Part shown: one piece after another, positions 5,793-12,420 of the stretch | Position numbering within the stretch: position 1 is the stretch's first letter | How the letters are laid out: the number at the start of each line of letters is the position of its first letter | Origin: Bacillota bacterium | Lineage (GTDB): Bacteria > Bacillota > Clostridia > Acetivibrionales > DTU013 | Length of the DNA stretch: 12,420 bases | Assembly: GCA_023435805.1 (NCBI GenBank) | Contig: JAEZMC010000362.1 | Coordinates: 1-12,420 of the forward strand | Direction: 5' to 3' | Notes under the pieces: model-generated | The model's database searches: none | Told to the model about the DNA's origin: nothing | Seen by the model: only the letters and a program-made list of their open reading frames with translations | Made by a program: the position numbers and the translations under genes

Positions 5793-7439
5793 TCACTTGT
5801 CAATGCTTCCTACCCTAATGTCCGCGCCGTCTCTGTAAAGAGTGCAGTACTGCAGGTTTTCCCGGACATACATCATGCAGGAGCCGATAGCAACTTTTGT
5901 ACCCGGGTAGATGAAATTGTAGCACCTGACTTTTCCGTAGGACTCCTGCTGCAGCTTTGCCTCCAGCTGGACCATTTCTTCCTTGAGTTCAAAAAGACGG
6001 TTTGTGTAATACACCTTGGTCCGTACACTCTTCGCCATGATTTCCTGTTTTTCGGGAGTCAGTGCGCCTGCCATTTCAAGCTTTTTTAAAATGGTGATGG
6101 CCTGCTCCGCTTTTTTCAAATCCGCTTCCATTGTGGCAATTTCTTCCTTTGTCGCTTTAAAACGCTCTCTGATGGAAGGATCTGTACCAACTTCAATATC
6201 GGTGACCGTTGCCATATGAGAGCCGATAACCTTGGCCGTTATTTCCTTGCCCACCTTGCAGGTTCCACCCACCAGCAGCCCCTTCCTGCCGGAAAGCTCC
6301 AGCTTGTTGCCGCATTTTATGTTGCTGTGCATAATCGCTTCGGATTTGATATTGTTTCTTGCTTCCGCATTGCTGTTTTCTATATATCGCGCAATGATAT
6401 CTCCACCGCTGACCAGGATACCTTTTCCCATTCCCTGCATGCCCCTCCGGAGAATGATATCACCGCCGGCCTTTATAACCGCTCCTTCAACCACACCCCA
6501 GACTTCTACATTTCCGCCTGCTTCCACTACAAAACCCGATAGTACATTTCCTCTGATGGACACATTCCCTACAAAATTGATGTTCCCTGTAGAGTTGTCC
6601 ACATCGGCCTGTACTTCGTAAGTGGCAAATATATTGACCTTGCCGTCGAGATAGCTGACCTGCCCGCTGATGCCGGCGATCAGGCTTGTCCCGTCTGCAG
6701 AAACGACTACATTACGCCCCTTGGGCAGCGTGGCTGGCTTTCCATCCATAGCGGGAATATCCGTACCGTTCACCGTCCGCCCCGATTTTCCCGGTATCGG
6801 TGGAACAAGTGTACAAAGCGTCTGCCCTTCCACCACGCTCTCTATCAGGTTCAATTCCCTGAAGTCCACCCGTCCGTCATCCAGTATGGTCGGCTTCATC
6901 TCCCTTTTTATATCAAAAAAGAATTCGATCTTCCCATTCTGTCCGTTTTCAGGCGGAGAGCCTTCAGCCACACATATCATTTCATTGTATACCGGGTATT
7001 TTACAATTGTATCCAGATTTGTTTTGTTGATTCCATAGATGACGCCTTGTTTTGACAAGGCTTCGATTACTTCCTCGAGTGTCAGCATTCTGCCGTTTTC
7101 AGGCGGTGTAAAGGAGATATATCCTTTCATCCTGTCAGGAGAAAGCATCACACTGACCGTTGCATCGACTCTGACTTCTTCCTGGGCCTCCGCTATTTTG
7201 ACCGGCGCCCTGTCCGCCCTTCTCACAACGATATCCACCATATCCCTGTTGAAATTTTTGACCTGCTTTCGAACCAGCCTGTCGATTACATCCTTGGTTT
7301 CCACTTTTTTGCCGCGATCGGCCGGCCCATAAACAGTCAGGAATACACCGTCGTTTTGGAATGATAATTGATAAAAACCATCATTTATATTGCTGCTGGT
7401 ATCTTTCGTATCGAACAAAACAGCAACCCCCTGTATCAT
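5793..7439 (-). CDS. DUF342/FapA-family (flagellar-assembly-protein-A-like) beta-helix protein
   Basis: 548 aa. The central region shows the repetitive beta-helix signature ...GNINFVGNVSIRGNVLSGFVVEAGGNVEVWGVVEGAVIKAGGDIILRRGMQGMGKGILVSGGDIIARYIENSNAEARNNIKSEAIMHSNIKCGNKLEL.... The C-terminus is a coiled coil (KEEIATMEADLKKAEQAITILKKLE). It sits directly downstream of sigD, as is common in Clostridia. Confidence 0.7.
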   Translation of the reverse strand: MIQGVAVLFDTKDTSSNINDGFYQLSFQNDGVFLTVYGPADRGKKVETKDVIDRLVRKQVKNFNRDMVDIVVRRADRAPVKIAEAQEEVRVDATVSVMLSPDRMKGYISFTPPENGRMLTLEEVIEALSKQGVIYGINKTNLDTIVKYPVYNEMICVAEGSPPENGQNGKIEFFFDIKREMKPTILDDGRVDFRELNLIESVVEGQTLCTLVPPIPGKSGRTVNGTDIPAMDGKPATLPKGRNVVVSADGTSLIAGISGQVSYLDGKVNIFATYEVQADVDNSTGNINFVGNVSIRGNVLSGFVVEAGGNVEVWGVVEGAVIKAGGDIILRRGMQGMGKGILVSGGDIIARYIENSNAEARNNIKSEAIMHSNIKCGNKLELSGRKGLLVGGTCKVGKEITAKVIGSHMATVTDIEVGTDPSIRERFKATKEEIATMEADLKKAEQAITILKKLEMAGALTPEKQEIMAKSVRTKVYYTNRLFELKEEMVQLEAKLQQESYGKVRCYNFIYPGTKVAIGSCMMYVRENLQYCTLYRDGADIRVGSIDK

Positions 7440-7472
7440 ATGATTTTAACATCAGCATCCCGAGGATAGCAA

Positions 7473-8243
7473 TCAGTCGTCAAGAAGTGACCTGTGCCTT
7501 GCAAGTTTACCCCGAAGCCGCATGATTGCCTTGGTGTGCAATTGTGATATTCTGGATTCAGACACCTTCATTATCGCACTTATTTCCTTCAATGTCAATT
7601 CTTCGTAGTAGTACAGTGTCAGCACCGTCTTTTCCTTTTCAGGCAGTTTTTCAATGGAATCACCCAGTATTTCGCCTAGCTCGCGCAATTCCAATTCATG
7701 CTCGGGCCGGTCTGCTTTATTTGAATTTGGCACATCGGCATCGATTTCATAATTCTGTTCGAGGAAATCTTCAAGTGAAACCATGGATGTTACGTTCACT
7801 TCATTAAGCAGCTTGTAAAAATCCTCCATGGATAAGTTGAGCTTTTCAGCGATATCCTTGTCTGAAGCGGAATGCCCGAGTTCATTTTCGACTTCCCAAT
7901 AAGCCTTTTCGAGTTCCTTGTTCTTCTGCCTCAATGATCTGGGCACCCAATCCATTTCGCGGATACTGTCTATAATAGAACCTCTGATTCTCAAAGAGGC
8001 ATATGTTTCGAATTTAACGCCCTTGGTCATATCAAATTTATCAATGGCATCGATCAAACCGAATACTCCAAAGCCTACAAGATCGTCATATTCAACGTTT
8101 GAACCAAAATAAATATTCAATCTGCCGGCAATGAACTTGATGAGATGGGAATATTCAAGTATCAGGGCCTCCCTGATTGATGGGTCCCTCGTCTCGTGAT
8201 ACTGTTTCCATAGTTCATGCTGCTTGTTGTAATTGACCTGCAT
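7473..8243 (-). CDS. sigD: Flagellar sigma factor sigma-28 (SigD/FliA)
   Basis: Conserved sigma regions are present: ...DLVGFGVFGLIDAIDKFDMTKGVKFETYASLRIRGSIIDSIRE..., and region 4 ...LTLYYYEELTLKEISAIMKVSESRISQLHTKAIMRLR.... Homologues begin near MQ.NY. The ATG at 8243 (MQVNYNKQ) has the SD GGGGGA 5 nt upstream. The track's TTG at 8258 adds 5 codons that are probably not translated. Confidence 0.85.
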   Translation of the reverse strand: MQVNYNKQHELWKQYHETRDPSIREALILEYSHLIKFIAGRLNIYFGSNVEYDDLVGFGVFGLIDAIDKFDMTKGVKFETYASLRIRGSIIDSIREMDWVPRSLRQKNKELEKAYWEVENELGHSASDKDIAEKLNLSMEDFYKLLNEVNVTSMVSLEDFLEQNYEIDADVPNSNKADRPEHELELRELGEILGDSIEKLPEKEKTVLTLYYYEELTLKEISAIMKVSESRISQLHTKAIMRLRGKLARHRSLLDD

Positions 8244-8261
8244 CGAAATCCCCCGCAACCG

Positions 8262-8639
8262 TTACTGCTCTTTCACCTTTGAACTGATAGCCTTGCTCAT
8301 TGCAAGCGGTTCAAAAACGTCCCCGTCGTCCTCAACCAGCAGATCCACCTTGTGGATTTGCTGCCCTTTTTCCTGCACGGACTGCTCCGTCTGCGCAGTG
8401 GCAGCTGTATTCTGTAATTCTTCAGCCGCATCCTTTTCCTTCTTTTTTTCCTGTACTTCCTTATCTATGGATAGTATGGTATTTTTAATATATATGCCTG
8501 CTATAAAGAAAACCACCATCACAACAGCCATGCGTAAGTACAACGTACTGCTGTCGGATACCGACGTATAGCTTGCCATACCTGTTATCATTGCCGCTGC
8601 ACAAGCCAATAAATATGGCAATTTATGGATATGCTGCAT
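8262..8639 (-). CDS. Uncharacterised 2-TM membrane protein (125 aa) between cheD and sigD
   Basis: Two hydrophobic segments (LPYLLACAAAMITGMASY and LRMAVVMVVFFIAGIYI) are followed by a charged, acidic tail. The RBS AAAGGAGA sits 8 nt upstream. The ATG is 3 nt after the cheD TGA stop (TGAAAGATG), so translation is tightly coupled. Confidence 0.55.
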   Translation of the reverse strand: MQHIHKLPYLLACAAAMITGMASYTSVSDSSTLYLRMAVVMVVFFIAGIYIKNTILSIDKEVQEKKKEKDAAEELQNTAATAQTEQSVQEKGQQIHKVDLLVEDDGDVFEPLAMSKAISSKVKEQ

Positions 8640-8642
8640 CTT

Positions 8643-9128
8643 TCAAATCTCCTTTAGGCCGTGCCCTATGGTTTTAACCAACAGCTTGCCGTTCTCTGAA
8701 TTGATCTCGATGGTCCTGCCGTAATTCCCACCCGTATCTTCAGCAACAATCGGTATCCTCAGCGATCCAAGCACCTCCTTGGAAGCTGCAACATTCCTGA
8801 GTCCGATACGCATCATCTCGGAGGCGTCACTAAAAGAAAACATCTGCGCGCCGCCCGCAAGTTTGGCAATCAGCTGTGTTTTAATCGCGCCCAGCCTGAC
8901 CATATCCTCAACAAGCTTTACAATAGCTGTATCTGCGAATTTTGCGGTATTTGAGTTATTCCTGGCCTGCAGGCTGGATGGCAGCATAATATGTGCCAGA
9001 CCGGCGATTTTCCTTCCGGGATCGTATAGGGCGATACCTACACAAGAGCCCAGACCAAGCGTTGTAATGATGCATGGGTGTCTTGCCGACTGCAAATCCG
9101 CCATGCCAACCTTAATAACATTTTCCAT
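8643..9128 (-). CDS. cheD: Chemoreceptor glutamine deamidase CheD
   Basis: 161 aa containing ...IKVGMADLQSARHPCIITTLGLGSCVGIALYDP...IAGLAHIMLP...AKLAGGAQMF...GRTIEINSENGKL..., including the conserved catalytic Cys in the GLGSC context. Confidence 0.85.
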   Translation of the reverse strand: MENVIKVGMADLQSARHPCIITTLGLGSCVGIALYDPGRKIAGLAHIMLPSSLQARNNSNTAKFADTAIVKLVEDMVRLGAIKTQLIAKLAGGAQMFSFSDASEMMRIGLRNVAASKEVLGSLRIPIVAEDTGGNYGRTIEINSENGKLLVKTIGHGLKEI

Positions 9129-9749
9129 TTATCCAATTACTCCTAAAGCTTTCAATAAAACATCATAGGTTTCCAGATCCGGAACCAGGAAGAAATCCCC
9201 CACAACCTTTTCACTGCCTTCCGAGAATTCCGTTTCAATATACAGTACTGTATCCCCTACCTTGCCGAATTCAATCGCAGGTACGCTTAATATCGCTCCT
9301 GCCATATCAATGGCCAGGTCAGGCACGGACGGCAATATCTTCAGGTTGGTCAGCGACGATAAAGCCGACAGATAAGATCCGGCCAATATATTGCCGATTT
9401 CCTTCAGAGCCGAGATTTCCAGCTCTGAAAATTCCTCAACCGCCTCCAGCGGCCTGTTCATCAGCATGTTCACCAGTATGGCGGCCGCTTTTTGCTGAAG
9501 GATAAACATGATGTTGCCTGTCAAATCCCCGGTGACCTTCAACAATATGCCGACTACCGGCAGTTCCGCCCCGCCCAGCGTTTCACTGACTTCCTTGAAT
9601 TCGAGGATTTTAGCCCGTGGCACATCCATATCGACCTTCCGGTTCAGCAGCTTCGCAAGTGCCGTAGCCGCATTTCCCGCACCTATGTTGCCAATTTCCT
9701 TCAGAACGTCCAACTGTATATTGCTCAGGTCATCAATACCCTTTACCAT
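9129..9749 (-). CDS. cheC: CheY-P phosphatase CheC
   Basis: 206 aa with two CheC-type repeats: LKEIGNIGAGNAATALAKLL and LKEIGNILAGSYLSALSSL. It ends directly at the cheD start. Confidence 0.85.
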   Translation of the reverse strand: MVKGIDDLSNIQLDVLKEIGNIGAGNAATALAKLLNRKVDMDVPRAKILEFKEVSETLGGAELPVVGILLKVTGDLTGNIMFILQQKAAAILVNMLMNRPLEAVEEFSELEISALKEIGNILAGSYLSALSSLTNLKILPSVPDLAIDMAGAILSVPAIEFGKVGDTVLYIETEFSEGSEKVVGDFFLVPDLETYDVLLKALGVIG

Positions 9750-9783
9750 ATCAATCTCCTTTGCTACAGAACAATCCTGATAT

Positions 9784-10236
9784 TTACGACTCGTTTAATG
9801 AAACCAGATTTTCCAGGTTCAGCAATGTAATAATCCTTCCGTTTGCTTTACCGACCCCGGCAATATAATCAAGAGAGAGCTCTCCGGCTATATTTGTTAT
9901 GCTTTCCATTGCGTCCTCGTCGAGCTCCAGCACCTCCGCTACGGAATCCACCACCATACCCACCGATATATCCTCCAGCTTGATGATGATGATTCTGGTC
10001 TCCTCGTTAAAAACGTCATCGGCAAGTCCGAATTTTAGCCGCAGGCTCATGACCGGAATGATTTCGCCTCTGAGATTGATTACGCCTTTAAGAAATAACG
10101 GTGTTTTCGGTACCCTGGCTATGTTCATTTCCTTTTCGATAATAGTTGTAATTTTATGTATATCTATACCGTATTCCTCGTTCCCCAACCTGAAAATAAG
10201 GAACTTTTTCACTTCAGACAATTGATTGTTCACCAT
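9784..10236 (-). CDS. cheW: Chemotaxis coupling protein CheW
   Basis: 150 aa, a single CheW-like domain (FLIFRLGNEEYGIDIHKITTIIEKEMNIARVPKTPLFLKGVINLRGEIIPVMSLRLKFGL...). The RBS GGAGGGAG sits upstream. Confidence 0.9.
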   Translation of the reverse strand: MVNNQLSEVKKFLIFRLGNEEYGIDIHKITTIIEKEMNIARVPKTPLFLKGVINLRGEIIPVMSLRLKFGLADDVFNEETRIIIIKLEDISVGMVVDSVAEVLELDEDAMESITNIAGELSLDYIAGVGKANGRIITLLNLENLVSLNES

Positions 10237-10312
10237 AATACTCCCTCCTGTTTACTGGTCATTTTCGGGGCTGTTCCGGCATCAGCCGGGTGCGTGTCCC
10301 GGAGGATGCTTT

Positions 10313-12415
10313 CTAGTGCGCCAGCGAATTTACGTCAAGGATCAATGCGACATTTCCATCCCCGAGGATGGTGGCGCTGGTGATGACCTTGATACCTGAA
10401 AGGAATTTGCCCAGGGATTTCTGAACAATTTCCTGCTGTCCGATTATCCTGTCCACCACAAAGCCAGTAAGCCTGTCTCCTCTTTTCACTATAACCAGGG
10501 TCAGCACCTTCGGTTCCTCGCTGTTGTCCTTCGGCACTTCAAGAACCTTGTCCAGCCTGACGATGGGTACAACCGTATTCCTGTACAGCACGACCTCCTG
10601 TTTTTGTACCAGCTTGATTTCATCCGGCGCAATGTTGGTTATCTTATGTATGGAGCTGAGCTGAATGGCATACTTTTCATTCCCTACCAGGACCAGCAGC
10701 GCCTGTATAATAGCCAGTGTAAGCGGAAGCCGGATGAAGAATTTGCTTCCTTTGCCCAGTTCGGTTTCCACCTCGACAATACCGCCCAGCGATTCAATCT
10801 TGGTTTTCACCACATCAAGGCCCACGCCTCTTCCCGACAGGTCCGTAACCTTGTCCACAGTACTAAAGCTTGGCTTGAACAGAAAATCGATAATATCCTT
10901 CTTGGTAAGGTTCGCGGCCATATCTTTGTTGACCAGACCCTTATCAATAGCTTTCTTTTTGACCTTGTCCACATTGATTCCCTGACCGTCATCCTCCACC
11001 TCGATGACGACATTGTTGCCGTCCTGGTATGCCCTCAGCGCAATTCTTCCGGCCTCAGGCTTACCCAGGCTTCTTCTCTTTTCCACAGGCTCAATTCCAT
11101 GGTCAACGGAATTTCTCAGCAGATGGATCAACGGATCGCCTATTTCATCAATAACCGTCCTGTCCAGCTCGGTTTCCTCGCCCGACATGATCAACTCGAC
11201 ATCCTTGCCGATGTCCTTTGAAATATCACGGATCATTCTAGGGAAGCGGTTAAATACGGTTTCAACCGGCACCATCCTGACCTTCATGACAGCATCATGG
11301 AGATTGGTCGTGATCCTTTCCAGGTATTCCACCGTTTCAACATAATCCTGCGTACGTTCGATGCCTTCCAATCCCTCCAGCCTGGTTTTCTGGATGATCA
11401 GCTCACTTACGAGGTTCAGCAGTACATCCAGCCTGTCTATGTCAACCCTGACGGTTTTTCCTGTCTTGGCCTTTTTCACCGACGAGTCGGCTTTGGATAT
11501 TCCGGTTTCCACTTCACCATTGGCGGGAGTGTTGTCCGCGGTTTTTCCTTCTGCTACATCGACTGCTTCCGTGGCCTGTTCGGCAACGGCCTGTTCCAAT
11601 ACTTCTCTTTTTTCCGCTATCAGCTTGATGATGACCTCATCCACTTCGGCAATGGAGTTGAGCTCCCTTGCGAATATGGCTTCATCTTCCTTCGAAATGA
11701 CAATAACCGTAAACTCAAAGTTAAACTTTTCATCCTCAATATCCTCTACTTTAGGCTCCGATTTGATGATTTCCGAATGCCTTTCGAGTGTCTTGAATAT
11801 GATGAAGGCTCTTGCGGATTTTAAAACACACCCCTTATTCAGCTTGACGGTGATTTGGTAGGTATTGTTGCCGAGGTCGGCGGCCTTACCGATCACGCTC
11901 ATGTCATACTGATTCAGCGCAAGACTGGGAGAACTCGCCGCCGGTACTTCCGGAGCGTCAGCTTTTCCCGCAGGGGCCGGCGTCTGTACGGCAGGTTCTG
12001 CGGAAGGCGCCGGGGCGGCAGGCATATCGTCTGGCATCTTTCCTTTCATTATATCAGACAGGCTGTTGATGATGGGAAGGTAGTCTTCCGTTCCTTCCGA
12101 ACCTGTCTCAACCACCATGGTGGTGTAGCTATCCAGGGCATCAAGACATTTGAACAGCAAATCGATCAATTTCGGACCCGCCTTGATTTCATTACTCCGC
12201 AAAGCATGCAGCACATTTTCCATATCATGCGTCAATCTGGACATCCTGTTGAATCCCATTGTGCCGGACATCCCTTTCAGCGTATGCGCTACCCTGAAAA
12301 TTTCATTGAGCATGGAGCTGTCTTCAGGGTTCTTTTCCATTTTCAGAAGGCACTGGTTCAGGCTCTGCAAATGTTCCCTGGTTTCTTCGATAAAAATCTC
12401 CAAGTATTGGCTCAT
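10313..12415 (-). CDS. cheA: Chemotaxis histidine kinase CheA
   Basis: 700 aa. The N-terminus carries an Hpt/P1 domain with the phospho-His motif HTLKGMSGTMGF. A Pro/Ala-rich linker follows, then a P2-like region, a dimerisation domain, an HATPase domain (...DDGQGIN...GRGVGLDVVK...) and a C-terminal CheW-like P5 domain. The start ATG is at 12415, 5 nt from the window edge. Confidence 0.9.
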   Translation of the reverse strand: MSQYLEIFIEETREHLQSLNQCLLKMEKNPEDSSMLNEIFRVAHTLKGMSGTMGFNRMSRLTHDMENVLHALRSNEIKAGPKLIDLLFKCLDALDSYTTMVVETGSEGTEDYLPIINSLSDIMKGKMPDDMPAAPAPSAEPAVQTPAPAGKADAPEVPAASSPSLALNQYDMSVIGKAADLGNNTYQITVKLNKGCVLKSARAFIIFKTLERHSEIIKSEPKVEDIEDEKFNFEFTVIVISKEDEAIFARELNSIAEVDEVIIKLIAEKREVLEQAVAEQATEAVDVAEGKTADNTPANGEVETGISKADSSVKKAKTGKTVRVDIDRLDVLLNLVSELIIQKTRLEGLEGIERTQDYVETVEYLERITTNLHDAVMKVRMVPVETVFNRFPRMIRDISKDIGKDVELIMSGEETELDRTVIDEIGDPLIHLLRNSVDHGIEPVEKRRSLGKPEAGRIALRAYQDGNNVVIEVEDDGQGINVDKVKKKAIDKGLVNKDMAANLTKKDIIDFLFKPSFSTVDKVTDLSGRGVGLDVVKTKIESLGGIVEVETELGKGSKFFIRLPLTLAIIQALLVLVGNEKYAIQLSSIHKITNIAPDEIKLVQKQEVVLYRNTVVPIVRLDKVLEVPKDNSEEPKVLTLVIVKRGDRLTGFVVDRIIGQQEIVQKSLGKFLSGIKVITSATILGDGNVALILDVNSLAH

Positions 12416-12420
12416 GTCCA

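Noticed and set aside
5793-7439. Multiple plus-strand ORFs (5604..6089, 6016..6219, 6216..6542, 6232..6621, 6670..7038, 7039..7332) inside the DUF342 gene
   Set aside because: They are Ser/Thr/Pro-rich antisense translations of a Gly/Val/Ile-rich beta-helix gene, so they are shadow ORFs.
8244-8258. MRGIS N-terminal extension of SigD from the TTG start
   Set aside because: Sigma-28 homologues begin at the MQxNY motif. The ATG at 8243 has a GGGGGA SD at ideal spacing, and the TTG has none.
1-12420. CRISPR arrays, IS elements and transposases
   Set aside because: No periodic repeat-spacer structure, terminal inverted repeats or transposase-like ORFs were seen on either strand.

Overview
This window reads as a Firmicutes chromosome segment, probably Clostridia- or Bacillus-like, with moderate GC by eye. 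Every credible gene lies on the minus strand, and the plus-strand ORFs in the track all look like shadow ORFs antisense to real genes. Reading the minus strand from high to low coordinate, the first block is the tail of a large flagellar/chemotaxis operon. It runs cheA, cheW, cheC, cheD, an unexpected 125-aa 2-TM ORF, sigD (sigma-28), a DUF342/FapA-like beta-helix protein, and then three small uncharacterised ORFs of 108, 208 and 75 aa. The 208-aa ORF is an N-terminally membrane-anchored coiled-coil protein with a C-terminal sigma-70 region-4/LuxR-like HTH, and the 75-aa ORF is a small membrane protein. A rho-independent terminator closes this block. Next comes a separate three-gene operon driven by a near-consensus extended -10 sigma-A promoter: an SPFH/band-7 membrane scaffold, a 58-aa Arc/CopG-type ribbon-helix-helix protein, and a bacterial GPP34/GOLPH3-family protein. 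This operon is the most unusual content in the window. Then comes tRNA-Leu(CAA) with its own perfect consensus promoter and a strong bidirectional terminator. Below that sits a roughly 200-nt GC-rich structured noncoding stretch, followed by a bacteriohemerythrin gene and a YkgJ-type CxxCxxCC cysteine-cluster gene. The last pair is a TTG-initiated TIGR03905-like TSCPD four-Cys protein translationally coupled to a WYL-domain (HTH-WYL) transcriptional regulator that runs off the left edge. I found no CRISPR array, transposase or integrase. Features I located by hand (tRNA, promoters, terminators) may be off by 1-2 nt. CDS ends are taken from the ORF track, with starts re-picked where an RBS or homology argues for a different start.
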